Positions 40,439 through 51,592 of a stretch of DNA of 64,000 bases are shown here, one piece after another; position 1 is the first letter of the stretch; every line of letters begins with the position of its first letter. Under the pieces are notes generated by a model. That model did no database searches and was not told the DNA's origin. It saw only the letters and a program-made list of their open reading frames with translations. The DNA lies in assembly GCA_035445085.1 (NCBI GenBank), contig DAOMQA010000001.1, forward strand, positions 118,374-182,373, in the 5' to 3' direction. The position numbers were made by a program, and so were the translations under genes. This stretch comes from Candidatus Kapaibacterium sp. Lineage in GTDB: Bacteria > Bacteroidota > Ignavibacteria > Kapaibacteriales > UBA2268.

Positions 40439-41959
40439 ATGAAATTTCATCTTAATGACAAAAACGTAATGTTAAGCTCGCCCGATACTGATAAAGCACG
40501 TCCAAATTGCGCCGTCGTTGGAGTTTATGGGCATCCAGAAGCCGCTGTATATGTTTTTTATGCTTTACACTCATTGCAACATAGAGGTCAAGAAGCAAGT
40601 GGTATCACTAGTGTATATTTTGATGAAAAGAAAAATAAAAAAAAGTATGCCTACCATAAAGGGGAAGGCTTGGTTATGGATGTATTTAATAAAGGAAATA
40701 TCCTAACCGATGTATTAAAAGGTGATATGGCAATAGGTCATAATCGGTATTCTACTACTGGTTCGTCATCATCATTAAATATACAGCCTTTTAATATGAT
40801 ATATAATAAAGGCTTATTAACTTTAGCGCATAATGGTAATCTTACTAATACCAAAACATTACGTAATCAGTTGATAAATGAAGGTTCTATATTCCAAACT
40901 ACTACCGATAGCGAATTATTTTTACATTTAGTAGCAAAAAGTAAAGAAGAAAAAGTTATAGATAAGATTTTATATGCTTTACGCACTGCACGTGGCGCAT
41001 ATTCTTTAACAATGCTAACAGATAACGAAATGTATGCTGCCAGAGACCCGCACGGTGTACGTCCACTCAATATCGGTAGAATCAAAGTAAATGGAAAATA
41101 TGCCTATATTGCTGCTTCTGAATCTGCGGCATTTGACATAATTTCGGCTGAATATATACGAAGTGTTCATCATAATGAATTAGTTGTAATAGATAGAAAT
41201 ACAATAGAAACGGGTGAAATAAAATCTTATAAGATTCAAGAACAGACTCCCGAAGCCAAGCATTGTATATTTGAATATGTGTATTTTGCTAGACCTGACA
41301 GTAAAATTTTTGGTCATTCCGTAGATAAAGTTCGCAGGAAATTAGGCAAATTATTAGCTGAAGAAAGCCCTGTTATTGACGATGATAAAATAAGAGCCAT
41401 TCCAGTGCCAGATAGTGCTAATACTGCTACAATCGGCTTTGCGCGTATGAATAATCAACTTAATTCGCCAACAGTTTTTGAATTAGGTTTAATACGCTCT
41501 CATTATGTTGGCAGAACATTTATTTCGCCTGGACAAAGCTCCAGAGAACTTAAGGTTAAAACAAAATTTAATACTGTTAAAGGTGTAATCCAAAATAGAA
41601 TAGTAGTTCTTATAGATGATTCGATAGTACGTGGCACAACTTCAAAATCATTAGTAAAGTTAGTACGCGATGCTGGACCAGCAAAAATCCATATGAGAAT
41701 TACTTCACCTCCCGTAAAATATCCTTGCTATTATGGGATGGATTTCCCTAGCGCTGAAGAATTAATAGCCAATCACTATACAACTGAAGACGAGATAGGA
41801 AAAGCAATTGGAGTAGATTCACTAAAATATTTATCTCCCGAAAGTTTATTGGCAGCAGTGCCAAAAGATGAAGGCATAGGCTATTGTACAGCTTGTTTTA
41901 CTGGTAAATACCCTATTCCAATTGAGGATAGTAGTTTGAATGCGAATACAAACGACTGA
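40439..41959 (+). CDS. purF: amidophosphoribosyltransferase
   Basis: N-terminal CAVVGVYGH catalytic cysteine, PRTase motif and Ntn-amidotransferase layout. Confidence 0.9.
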   Translation: MKFHLNDKNVMLSSPDTDKARPNCAVVGVYGHPEAAVYVFYALHSLQHRGQEASGITSVYFDEKKNKKKYAYHKGEGLVMDVFNKGNILTDVLKGDMAIGHNRYSTTGSSSSLNIQPFNMIYNKGLLTLAHNGNLTNTKTLRNQLINEGSIFQTTTDSELFLHLVAKSKEEKVIDKILYALRTARGAYSLTMLTDNEMYAARDPHGVRPLNIGRIKVNGKYAYIAASESAAFDIISAEYIRSVHHNELVVIDRNTIETGEIKSYKIQEQTPEAKHCIFEYVYFARPDSKIFGHSVDKVRRKLGKLLAEESPVIDDDKIRAIPVPDSANTATIGFARMNNQLNSPTVFELGLIRSHYVGRTFISPGQSSRELKVKTKFNTVKGVIQNRIVVLIDDSIVRGTTSKSLVKLVRDAGPAKIHMRITSPPVKYPCYYGMDFPSAEELIANHYTTEDEIGKAIGVDSLKYLSPESLLAAVPKDEGIGYCTACFTGKYPIPIEDSSLNANTND

Positions 41960-42311
41960 CATAACAAGAAAGATTGGCTTTGAATTTGAACAAGAGGCAG
42001 TAGAATTTCTCTTAAGTAAAGGTTATGAAATTATTAAAACAAACTTTGTTTATGGACGAGTAGGCGAAATAGATATAATAGCAAAAGATAAAGACTATTT
42101 AGTATTTGTAGAAGTTAGGTTTCGTAAAGACAATAGTTATGGAGGGGCAGAATATTCAATTACCCCCTCTAAAATTAAAAAGATAAGAATAGCAGCAGAA
42201 GCGTTTTTATATATAAATAAAATACAAAACCAAAATTGTCGGTTTGATTTTATTGGAATTTCAAAGGTAGATAGCAAGCTAATTTTTAATCATTTAATAA
42301 ATGCTTTTTAA
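41940..42311 (+). CDS. YraN-family (UPF0102) endonuclease
   Basis: 123 aa with a GEIDIIAKD…VFVEVRFR motif. Overlaps the purF 3' end by 20 nt. Confidence 0.65.
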   Translation: MRIQTTDITRKIGFEFEQEAVEFLLSKGYEIIKTNFVYGRVGEIDIIAKDKDYLVFVEVRFRKDNSYGGAEYSITPSKIKKIRIAAEAFLYINKIQNQNCRFDFIGISKVDSKLIFNHLINAF

Positions 42312-42412
42312 GTTAATTCTAAAATAAAATTAATCTTAATACTTTAAAATAATGATATATATACAATTTTTATAAATAATTGAAATTTAATAAAATATTA
42401 TAGGATATTAAA

Positions 42413-43357
42413 ATGAGCGTATTAGTTGGAAAAGATACACGATTGATAGTACAAGGGATAACAGGCTCTGAAGGTACTTTTCATACTTCACAGATGATAG
42501 AATATGGAACGAATGTAGTAGGTGGCGTTACACCTGGAAAGGGTGGACAAACCTATGAAGGCAAAGCTAATGTTACATTTTTAAAACCAATACCTGTATT
42601 CAATACTGTAAAAGATGCTGTAAAAGAAACTCAAGCAAATGCTAGTGTAATTTTTGTGCCTCCTGCAGGTGCAGCAGATGCTATATTAGAAGCAATTGAT
42701 GCTGGAATAGCAGTAATTATGTGTATTACCGAAGGCATACCTGTAAAAGATATGATACCCGTAAAAGAAGCCTTAAAACGAAGCAAATCAGTATTAATAG
42801 GTCCTAATTGCCCTGGTGTTATTACCCCTGGCGAAGCTAAAATAGGAATTATGCCTGGCTTTATTCACCAAAAAGGGAATGTTGGCGTTGTTTCACGTTC
42901 AGGCACTTTAACGTACGAAGCTGTAAAGCAATTATCTGATTTAGGCATTGGGCAATCAACTTGTATCGGTATCGGCGGGGACCCAATTATTGGCACTCAA
43001 CACATTGACGCAATTAAATTATTCAATGAAGACCCCGACACGGAAGCAATCGTAATGATTGGAGAAATTGGTGGTAGCGCAGAAGAAGAAGCTGCCGCTT
43101 ATATAAAAGAGCACGTTACAAAACCAGTTGTTTCCTTTATAGCAGGAAGAACAGCACCTCCTGGCAGAAGAATGGGGCATGCTGGTGCTATCATCTCTGG
43201 TGGTAAAGGAACTGCCGAAGATAAAATCAAGGCTTTGAAAGAAGCTGGAATTTATGTAGTTGATACGCCTGCTTTAATAGGCAAAACTGTAGCTGAAGCA
43301 ATGAAAGCAGGGAAAAAAACAACAAAAAAGGTAGTAGCTAAGAAAGCTACAAAATAA
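42413..43357 (+). CDS. sucD: succinate--CoA ligase subunit alpha
   Basis: [12 protein letters not shown]…GPNCPG…SRSGTLTYE motifs. Carries an unusual ~20-aa lysine-rich C-terminal tail. Confidence 0.9.
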   Translation: MSVLVGKDTRLIVQGITGSEGTFHTSQMIEYGTNVVGGVTPGKGGQTYEGKANVTFLKPIPVFNTVKDAVKETQANASVIFVPPAGAADAILEAIDAGIAVIMCITEGIPVKDMIPVKEALKRSKSVLIGPNCPGVITPGEAKIGIMPGFIHQKGNVGVVSRSGTLTYEAVKQLSDLGIGQSTCIGIGGDPIIGTQHIDAIKLFNEDPDTEAIVMIGEIGGSAEEEAAAYIKEHVTKPVVSFIAGRTAPPGRRMGHAGAIISGGKGTAEDKIKALKEAGIYVVDTPALIGKTVAEAMKAGKKTTKKVVAKKATK

Positions 43358-43389
43358 TTATATAATCATATTCATTTTAAGGAAAAAAA

Positions 43390-43818
43390 ATGTCAAATAA
43401 GACTTTAGCAATTATTAAACCAGATGCAGTAGCAAAAAATGCGGCAGGTGCAATTATTAGCAAAATTCAAGAAGCTGGATTTAAAGTATTAGCAATGAAA
43501 TTAACTAAAATTACTGAACCTATAGCTAAAGAATTTTACGCTATTCATAAAGAAAGACCATTCTTTGGCGATTTAGTAAAATATATGACTAGTGGACCTG
43601 TTGTTCCTATAGCTTTAGAAAATGACAATGCAGTAGAGGAATTTAGAAAACTAATCGGTGCTACAGATCCATTAAAAGCAGAAGCTGGAACAATTAGAGC
43701 TTTGTTTGGCACTAACATTGAAGCAAATGCAATTCACGGCTCTGATTCTGATGAAAATGCTAATAGAGAAATTGCATTCTTTTTTAGTGAAAGCGAAGTT
43801 GTATCAATTAATAATTAA
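43390..43818 (+). CDS. ndk: nucleoside diphosphate kinase
   Basis: TLAIIKPDAV…NAIHGSDS motifs. Confidence 0.9.
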   Translation: MSNKTLAIIKPDAVAKNAAGAIISKIQEAGFKVLAMKLTKITEPIAKEFYAIHKERPFFGDLVKYMTSGPVVPIALENDNAVEEFRKLIGATDPLKAEAGTIRALFGTNIEANAIHGSDSDENANREIAFFFSESEVVSINN

Positions 43819-44366
43819 TGAAGAAAAAGTATAGTCAAATATCAAGTAATATTTTGGCAACTAATCCTTATTGGGTTTATAAGAAGGATAGATATACTTT
43901 ACCTGATTTTACTGAAGGGGATTATCATTATATCGAAACGACAGGTTCGGTAATAATTATTCCCCTTTTATCTTATGATACGATTATAATGGTAAAGCAA
44001 TTTAGATACTTAAATCAAAAGGTTAGTTTAGAATTTCCGGGTGGTAGCAATAAAATAAGTTTATCATCAGAAAATAATGCAAAAAGAGAGTTAGCAGAAG
44101 AAATTGGATATTATCCAAACAAGTTAATAAAAATAGGTACTTTTAATCCATTTATAGGTGTAACAAATGAATTTTGTAACGTCTATGTTGGTTTGGAGCT
44201 AATTAGTAAAAAGTTAGAAGCTGACAAAAGCGAAGAATTTGAAATTGTGAATTTAAATATAAATTCTATTGATGATAAAATTCAAGAATGTGAAATTTGG
44301 AGCGGAATGACTTTGGCTACTTGGGCTTTGTTTAAAAATTCTATATATTATAAAAGGGGTTATTAG
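43818..44366 (+). CDS. NUDIX hydrolase
   Basis: Nudix box GGSNKISLSSENNAKRELAEEIGY. The start overlaps the ndk stop. Confidence 0.65.
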   Translation: MKKKYSQISSNILATNPYWVYKKDRYTLPDFTEGDYHYIETTGSVIIIPLLSYDTIIMVKQFRYLNQKVSLEFPGGSNKISLSSENNAKRELAEEIGYYPNKLIKIGTFNPFIGVTNEFCNVYVGLELISKKLEADKSEEFEIVNLNINSIDDKIQECEIWSGMTLATWALFKNSIYYKRGY

Positions 44367-44367
44367 A

Positions 44368-45339
44368 ATGTATAAAATCATAATTGTTCTTATTCTTTGC
44401 GGTCTTAGTGTTTCATTCGCTCAAGAAAAAACAACGATTAAGCCATCTAAAAATATTGTTAAATATACTTTAAAGAGTAATTTTCCAGTTAATGTTCAGC
44501 ATTTATATGAATTAATTGACACAAGCAAAACTACGCGCATATTTAGCGATAGCACTAGCCAAACTTATGATAGGGTAGTAAAATATTATTTCTCCGTCTG
44601 GGCGTCGAGCGCTCCAAGCTCTGATAAAGTTCAAGAGGTATCCGTAAGCGTTGATTCATTAGAATATACTATGTATTCTGGAGGGGCTACAGTTTTTTAT
44701 AACTCTCAATCGGACGATATAAGACCACCTAAAATAGATGATTTTAATAATTACGTAGCAACATTAGGTTTGGAATTTGACCTTGCGTATTCAGCTTATG
44801 ACGAAGTTGGAGATATAAAAGGATCATTATACGAAAGTAAGATTAATATGCTAAAAGATCCTAAGACTATGATATCAGACTCAATTTTATCATTTGTTTG
44901 GAATGATAAATTAGGTAAAGCTTCGCTTACTACTTATTTTGACGTAGTAAAAAATATTTATCCGCAAAATAAAGTTGCAATTGATTCTACTTGGATAAAA
45001 AATATAAACTATGATTTGGAAGGAGCAACAATTTCGGACTCAGTTCAATTTGTCCTCAAAAATTTTAATATGAAAAACTATATTATTGAAGGTAGTACTA
45101 TAAATGCTCATTCCCTAGCAAATGATCAAGCAGTCTTAGGTTCGATTCGTAGTATAGCACACGTAATCGGCGCTAATGGGCATTCTAATTATAATATCAA
45201 ACTTAGCTTAAGAGGAAACGTAGAAGAATTAAATATTATTTCTGATTTTGATATTGATTATAAAATTAGGAATGACTCTATTAAACAAAAAGTTCATTCA
45301 AGTCGTACTTGGAAACTATTTGGAATGTATAAGATATAA
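44368..45339 (+). CDS. hypothetical secreted/lipoprotein
   Basis: Signal peptide only. Confidence 0.4.
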   Translation: MYKIIIVLILCGLSVSFAQEKTTIKPSKNIVKYTLKSNFPVNVQHLYELIDTSKTTRIFSDSTSQTYDRVVKYYFSVWASSAPSSDKVQEVSVSVDSLEYTMYSGGATVFYNSQSDDIRPPKIDDFNNYVATLGLEFDLAYSAYDEVGDIKGSLYESKINMLKDPKTMISDSILSFVWNDKLGKASLTTYFDVVKNIYPQNKVAIDSTWIKNINYDLEGATISDSVQFVLKNFNMKNYIIEGSTINAHSLANDQAVLGSIRSIAHVIGANGHSNYNIKLSLRGNVEELNIISDFDIDYKIRNDSIKQKVHSSRTWKLFGMYKI

Positions 45340-45498
45340 AATATTAAAAAAAGTTTTTAATCTAAAATAAAATAGTTATATTAGTTACTTATTGTAGTGT
45401 AATTACTTTATTTTTTTACAGGGGGCGAAATTTGATGCAATTTCAGTAGCAGGAGGTATTTAGCTACTTAGAAAATCATTTAAATTTCATAAAAATAT

Positions 45499-47814
45499 AT
45501 GGCAAAAAGTAATTTTAATATAAAAAACTTTTTTAATGCAGGCGATATACTTGCAGTTGTTGTAATTATCGCTGGTGTATCAATAGCAGTATTCGTGGAA
45601 GATATTGCTGTAAAAATGATAGGTGTAAGTATTGGTTTGCTTGGCACAATCGCTTTATTTATGTTTATATCACGAAGATTGAGTGATATTGTTGATACTA
45701 ATGCAATTAAAAAGAAACCCACAACAAAACAATACGAAGTAACAACAGTTCAGGATTCGAATGCAACAAGAACAACTTTTGAGAATTTTGATATTAAATT
45801 TGGCGACAACGATTTAATACCATTCACTCCTATCAGTATTCAAGAAAATCCTATACAAACGCCACAGAATGTTAATGAAGAAATTTTACAAGATACTAAT
45901 ACAGATCAAGATTCTTTTACTATTAAAGGTAAATCAAAGACTGATATTATTAATTCAACAACTAATGAAGTTATTAACGAAATTCCAAAGCCAGACATAC
46001 CATTGGTGGACAAGCAATACCAATTTGGTGATAGTATTTCGTCTGTTAAAATCATCGGAAAAATCAAGCGAAAAGCTGTTGATTCAGAAATAAATAACGA
46101 ACAAATTAAATTTGATAGCCCAAGTGGTGTATCAGGAGCAATTAACAAAAGTGACAGAGTTACTACTATAAACAAGCAAATTGACAAGCAAGTAACAAAA
46201 GAAAGCCAAGATATAAATACTAATATAGTAAATGACCCTGCACAGGTTGCAATCGCTAGTTCGAATACAGAATTAACAAGCACTGAAGCGAATAAAAACA
46301 AGAATACATTTCCCACCCATTTCTTTTTTGAATCTGATATATTAATAGGTGATGAACCCAAGCAGGAGTTTGAATATTTTGTATCAAGGATACTATTAAT
46401 AATAAAATCAGTAACTGACAGTTGTTCGGTGTTATTAGTTTTAGTAGATAATAATGTCGAAAATTTTTCAATTGAAGCCTTTACTACAGATAAAGAACTT
46501 AATATTGAATCGAAGAAAAAAATTCCAATTTCAAATGATATTATCTCTCAAATAATTAAAAATTCTAAACCAGAAATTTTATCTGAAATTAATCCATCTG
46601 CCGTAAAAGACCTAATCCCATATTATGCTGAAGAAGTTGAAATTAAATCATTTATTGGTATCCCTATTATTTGGAATGATATAGTAATTGGGGTAATGTG
46701 TGCAGATTCTATAAACTTAGACTGTTTTGATTCTGCTACTGTGTCCTTTATGGGTCAATTCTCAAAATTAATATCTGGATTAGTTAAAAGCTATACTCAT
46801 AAAATCGATTTAATCGAAGCAGCCAAAACATTAGATACGATTAATAAATTCCAAAATATGGTATTAAGTGAAAACCTCACTAAAGAATCATTATACTCAT
46901 CTATCGTAAGCGAAGTCAAGCGAATGTATGGTGCTTATACTGTTGGAATTGCAACCTATAATTATGATACTGAAAGCTGGGCTATCAATATATACGATAA
47001 CGGTATAGAACAATTTTTTGATATGGAAATTGATTTTAATGGTTCTTTGCTTGGTAAATGTATAGTTGATGGCGAAACAATTTATTTGTCTGGGATAGAG
47101 ATAGTTAATATCAAACGTGTTAATAATAAGGAAACAAAATTCTTATCTGGAGAATTTTTAGCTACTCCTTTACGTACTCATAATGGGGTGTATGGAGCCA
47201 TATTCATCGAAAGCTCACCTAAAGAGCGTTTAAGTGATTTTAATATTTCTATTCTACAAGTATTGAGTAATCATATCGCAGTTAGCTTAGAACGATTTAA
47301 TTTAATCAATTTATATAGAACTTCTTGTATAGTAGATAGAAGTTCAGGATTATACAATTATACAGCTTTCTACAAAAGATTAAACGAAGAAATTGATAGA
47401 TTTGAGACAAGTGAAAACTCCAATTTGGCTTTATGTATGTTCCGTATAGATAAATACGCTTCTTTAGACCCTAACTTATATGCAGACAGATTAGATATGG
47501 CAGTAAGTAACGCTATAGAATTATCAAAGAACTATGCCAAATCTTATGAAATTATAGGAAGAATAGACAGTGAGACTTTTGCAATCATATTTATTAATCA
47601 TAAGAACAGTGATTTAAAATTGATTGCAGAGCGTTTTAGGAATGAGGTTGCTAATTCAATTATTGAGTTTGACAATACTAAATTTAGTGTTACTATTAGT
47701 ATAGGGCTTGCCTCCTACCAAAAGAGATTGGGTATAAACGCCTTAGTGTCTAATTCAATAACTGCATTAACAAGATCTATGCAATATACAAATCATGTGC
47801 AGGTATATAATTAA
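45499..47814 (+). CDS. membrane-anchored GAF-domain sensor with degenerate GGDEF domain
   Basis: Two N-terminal transmembrane helices, tandem GAF-like regions, and a C-terminal GGDEF-fold in which the GG(D/E)EF motif is replaced by RIDSETF. Confidence 0.55.
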   Translation: MAKSNFNIKNFFNAGDILAVVVIIAGVSIAVFVEDIAVKMIGVSIGLLGTIALFMFISRRLSDIVDTNAIKKKPTTKQYEVTTVQDSNATRTTFENFDIKFGDNDLIPFTPISIQENPIQTPQNVNEEILQDTNTDQDSFTIKGKSKTDIINSTTNEVINEIPKPDIPLVDKQYQFGDSISSVKIIGKIKRKAVDSEINNEQIKFDSPSGVSGAINKSDRVTTINKQIDKQVTKESQDINTNIVNDPAQVAIASSNTELTSTEANKNKNTFPTHFFFESDILIGDEPKQEFEYFVSRILLIIKSVTDSCSVLLVLVDNNVENFSIEAFTTDKELNIESKKKIPISNDIISQIIKNSKPEILSEINPSAVKDLIPYYAEEVEIKSFIGIPIIWNDIVIGVMCADSINLDCFDSATVSFMGQFSKLISGLVKSYTHKIDLIEAAKTLDTINKFQNMVLSENLTKESLYSSIVSEVKRMYGAYTVGIATYNYDTESWAINIYDNGIEQFFDMEIDFNGSLLGKCIVDGETIYLSGIEIVNIKRVNNKETKFLSGEFLATPLRTHNGVYGAIFIESSPKERLSDFNISILQVLSNHIAVSLERFNLINLYRTSCIVDRSSGLYNYTAFYKRLNEEIDRFETSENSNLALCMFRIDKYASLDPNLYADRLDMAVSNAIELSKNYAKSYEIIGRIDSETFAIIFINHKNSDLKLIAERFRNEVANSIIEFDNTKFSVTISIGLASYQKRLGINALVSNSITALTRSMQYTNHVQVYN

Positions 47815-47819
47815 ATAAT

Positions 47820-49955
47820 ATGGTAAAATCTGAAATCATAAATGCATTGCTACATTTGTTTAGCTCTGGGGATGTATTGCAACTGCAGGATATATCAAAA
47901 GAGTTAAAAATAAAATCTGATAGCGATGAATATAATTTACTAAAAGAAGTTTTAAATGAAGCGGTACAGTCTGGTGTATTAGAAAAATCGAGCAGAAGAA
48001 GATATAGTCGCCCTTTATCTTTTAGCGAAAATTCTATTACTGGTATTTTGAGAATAGAACATAATAAAGGTATCATCGAAACAAATCACGCAGAATTACC
48101 CTTAATTAGTATCAATTTGGATAGGTTAAATACGGCATTAGATGGCGATTTAGTAAAAGTTCAATTGCTTGCACAAAGGAAAGGACGGCGAGCTCACGGT
48201 GAAGTATTGGAAATATTAGAGAGAAGTAACACTCCTATATCTGGTACTTTAGATTACAATGGTTACTTTTATTTTATTATACCTGATGACGAAAAGTATT
48301 ACGTAGATTTCTTAATCCCAGAGAAGAAACTTAATAAGGCACGGATTGGCGAGAAGGTTTTTGCTAAATTACTTCAATGGAACGACCCTAATCAAAATCC
48401 GACAGCCGAAATTGTTGATATAATTGGAAAAGCTGGTTTGCCAGCTGTTGAATACGATTCTATAATAAAGGAGTTTAACTTAAGTACCGAATTTCCAAAA
48501 GATGTAATTAAATACGCTAAAGCCAAGAAAGCACCTACATCGCGAGTACCAAAGGGTCGCTTAGATTTAAGAGACAAATTAATCATTACAATTGATCCAG
48601 TAGATGCTAAGGATTTTGACGATGCTTTATCGTTAGATTTTTTGGACAATGGCAATAGAGTATTAGGTGTTCATATTGCCGACGTAAGTCATTATGTCGT
48701 AGAAAACTCTGAACTAGATATAGAAGCCAGATTTAGAGGTAATAGTGTATATTTGGTAGATAGAGTTATTCCTATGTTGCCCGAAGAATTATCGAATGAA
48801 ATATGCTCATTACAGCCGAATAAAATTAGATTTGCCTTTTCGATATTTATAGAAATAAACGCACAAGGCAAAGTTGGATCTTATAAATTAAATGAATCGT
48901 CTATAAAAAGCAAACGTAGATATACGTATGAAGAAGCGTTAGAAATAATAGAAAGTGGTAATGGTGAGAATAGCGAATTATTATTGAATTTATATAATTT
49001 ATCTACACAACTCAAGGCAAATAGATTTAAGAAAGGCGGTATAAACTTTGACACTGTTGAATATAGATTTACTTTAGATGATAATAAATTTCCTGTTGAT
49101 GTGTATCAAAAGTCATCGACAAAATCAACATCTCTGGTAGAAGAATGTATGCTTTTGGCAAACGAATGTGTAGCAGAATTTATTTCTAAGAAGTCTTTAG
49201 AATATAAGCAGCGAGCAATACTACCTTTTCTGTACCGAATTCACGAAGCTCCTGATAATAAAAAGATGCGAGAAGTACTTAATTTTATTAGTGGTTTTAA
49301 TTATAAACAATTCAAAAAAATTAACTCCTCTCAAGATATAAATAAGATATTGGCATTTTTTGAAGATAAACCAGAGAAGACTATAGTTAATCAAGTCTTA
49401 ATTAGAGCTATGGCGAAAGCAATATATTCGCATAATAATTTAGGACATTATGGTTTAGGCTTTAACTTTTATTCACACTTTACTTCACCTATTCGTAGGT
49501 ACCCAGATTTAGTAATTCATAGGGTATTAAAAGAATATATAAGTAATCTACCAAATAATGAGCGTTTATCTTACTTAAGACAGTTTATGAAAGATGTGGG
49601 TGTACACACGTCAAACACAGAAAGGTTGGCTATGGAAGCAGAGCGTGCCTCTGTAAAGTTTACTCATACGGTAATGGCTCAGCAGTATGTAGGTGAGGAT
49701 TTTACTGGTACAATAACTGGTGTAACAAGCTTTGGTTTATTTGTACAATTAGACAAAATTTACGCTGAAGGTTTGCTACATATTAGAGATATCGATGATG
49801 ATTATTATGTATTTGATGAACCTAACTATTGCCTGATTGGACGAAGCACGAAGAAAAAATATTCTATAGGTCAAGCATTGAACGTTAGGATAGTGCGTGT
49901 AAACTTAGAGAAAAGAAATATAGATTTAATTTTACTTAATAAAAAAAGAAAATAA
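47820..49955 (+). CDS. rnr: ribonuclease R
   Basis: RNB catalytic domain (…DPVDAKDFDDALS…) and C-terminal S1 domain. 711 aa. Confidence 0.9.
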   Translation: MVKSEIINALLHLFSSGDVLQLQDISKELKIKSDSDEYNLLKEVLNEAVQSGVLEKSSRRRYSRPLSFSENSITGILRIEHNKGIIETNHAELPLISINLDRLNTALDGDLVKVQLLAQRKGRRAHGEVLEILERSNTPISGTLDYNGYFYFIIPDDEKYYVDFLIPEKKLNKARIGEKVFAKLLQWNDPNQNPTAEIVDIIGKAGLPAVEYDSIIKEFNLSTEFPKDVIKYAKAKKAPTSRVPKGRLDLRDKLIITIDPVDAKDFDDALSLDFLDNGNRVLGVHIADVSHYVVENSELDIEARFRGNSVYLVDRVIPMLPEELSNEICSLQPNKIRFAFSIFIEINAQGKVGSYKLNESSIKSKRRYTYEEALEIIESGNGENSELLLNLYNLSTQLKANRFKKGGINFDTVEYRFTLDDNKFPVDVYQKSSTKSTSLVEECMLLANECVAEFISKKSLEYKQRAILPFLYRIHEAPDNKKMREVLNFISGFNYKQFKKINSSQDINKILAFFEDKPEKTIVNQVLIRAMAKAIYSHNNLGHYGLGFNFYSHFTSPIRRYPDLVIHRVLKEYISNLPNNERLSYLRQFMKDVGVHTSNTERLAMEAERASVKFTHTVMAQQYVGEDFTGTITGVTSFGLFVQLDKIYAEGLLHIRDIDDDYYVFDEPNYCLIGRSTKKKYSIGQALNVRIVRVNLEKRNIDLILLNKKRK

Positions 49956-49957
49956 CA

Positions 49958-50596
49958 ATGTTTACGGGTCTAATTGAAGAGCTTGGTACAATTGAAAGTA
50001 TCATTCAAATTGGCAAATCACGAAAAATACAGATTAAAGCAAGTAAAATAATGTCTGATATAAGTATTGATGATTCAATTTCTATTGATGGTGTCTGCCA
50101 GACAGTTATAGCATACGAGCAAAATTACTTTATAGTTGAAGCTGTAGAAGAAACTATGGAGAAAACAAATTTTAAATTGCTTAGACCAAACAAAGTAGTA
50201 AACCTTGAACGAGCAGCTAAATTTGGTGGTAAAATTGGTGGGCACATAGTTCAGGGACATGTTGATTGCACGGGTAAATTAATTTCTATAGAAAAGCAAT
50301 CGTTAGGCTATCTTTTAAGTATTGAATTTCCCTATAAATATAGGAAATACATCGTAGAGCATGGTTCAGTTTGTATTAATGGGATTAGCTTGACAGTAGC
50401 ACGACTTAATGAATCAACTTTAACTGTAGCTATCATTCCCCATACTTGGGATATGACCAATCTAAAATATAATTCTATTGGAACCCTTCTAAACTTAGAA
50501 TTTGACTTATTCGCAAAGTATGTAGAGAATATGATGAAATATAGGGATAATACTCACAGTACACTCAATAAATATATAGAACAACCCAATATATAA
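49958..50596 (+). CDS. ribE: riboflavin synthase
   Basis: MFTGLIEELGTI…SIDGVCQTV with the duplicated lumazine-binding repeat. Confidence 0.9.
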   Translation: MFTGLIEELGTIESIIQIGKSRKIQIKASKIMSDISIDDSISIDGVCQTVIAYEQNYFIVEAVEETMEKTNFKLLRPNKVVNLERAAKFGGKIGGHIVQGHVDCTGKLISIEKQSLGYLLSIEFPYKYRKYIVEHGSVCINGISLTVARLNESTLTVAIIPHTWDMTNLKYNSIGTLLNLEFDLFAKYVENMMKYRDNTHSTLNKYIEQPNI

Positions 50597-50715
50597 AGAT
50601 AGAACATTTGCTTTTATATACATGAAGCTTTATACTTGGCATTGAGTTTTTTTACTAGTGACTTTAGGTTTTGCGAATTCTGGCGTGAACTTTTGTCGAA
50701 ACTGTTTAGCAAGGC

Positions 50716-51408
50716 TTATTTCTTTTTTGTCAGCCACCCCATATAAATTGAAGATTGGAAAAAACGAAGAGGTTTTTCAAATCCAGCATCTTGTAACAGT
50801 TCCGAAAGTCGTTCCTCTGAAACAGCATAAAGTTCATTTTCTATTCGGTTTTGACGATAGTTAATTTGTTCTTCATCTAAACCATCTGGCAAAAGAAGTT
50901 TGAGAATTTGTAAATTTTGTTTGATTTGATCTTTGCCACCAGTTATGTCCAGAAGTACAAATACTGCTCCTGAAATTAATCGGTCGGCAATGTCTTTCAG
51001 TAAATTTAGTTTACTACCATTATCATCAAGAAAATGCAAAACCAATAAAAGCGTCGCAACATTATATTTTTTCTCAATGTCAAGATCAGATACTAAACCA
51101 TTAATTATATTTACGTTGTCAAATTTTTGAAACTTGTCGTTAGCTTGTTTAATCATTTCAGGTGAAGGGTCAATACCTGTTATTGCCCAATTTTCAGGCT
51201 CAGATGTACCTATAAATCTTTCAATTTCGTTTCCAGTCCCACAACCAACTACTAACAATTCCTTTTTACCTTTTTTGTCTAAGAGTTTAGGTAAATGGTC
51301 TAAAAAATAGTGATAGTTAGGTATCCATATTTTTACAAACTTATCATAAGCTGCAGCTCTTTCATTTTCAAATATTTCTACTTTTTTCATTCCCTCTGCC
51401 GTTTGCAT
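50716..51408 (-). CDS. class I SAM-dependent methyltransferase
   Basis: Motif I LVVGCGTGNE. Confidence 0.7.
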   Translation of the reverse strand: MQTAEGMKKVEIFENERAAAYDKFVKIWIPNYHYFLDHLPKLLDKKGKKELLVVGCGTGNEIERFIGTSEPENWAITGIDPSPEMIKQANDKFQKFDNVNIINGLVSDLDIEKKYNVATLLLVLHFLDDNGSKLNLLKDIADRLISGAVFVLLDITGGKDQIKQNLQILKLLLPDGLDEEQINYRQNRIENELYAVSEERLSELLQDAGFEKPLRFFQSSIYMGWLTKKK

Positions 51409-51592
51409 AATGTCGATTTAAATTAAATATCTACCCATTTATCTACATACTCTCAATAAATGATATACAACACCACAAAAGTACTATTTTAAAACAAAAT
51501 CATTACTGTAATACTTGTCAAAGCAGTCCAAACCTTTTCTTTATTTACATTTATTTCAATATTTGTTGTTTTTATTAGTTCTTTATTAATTT

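Noticed and set aside
45339-45499. Small hairpin (AGTAGC–AGGAGG loop–GCTACT) upstream of the GAF/GGDEF gene, as a possible riboswitch/sRNA
   Set aside because: Only a 6-bp stem with no conserved riboswitch core motifs recognisable. Insufficient evidence.
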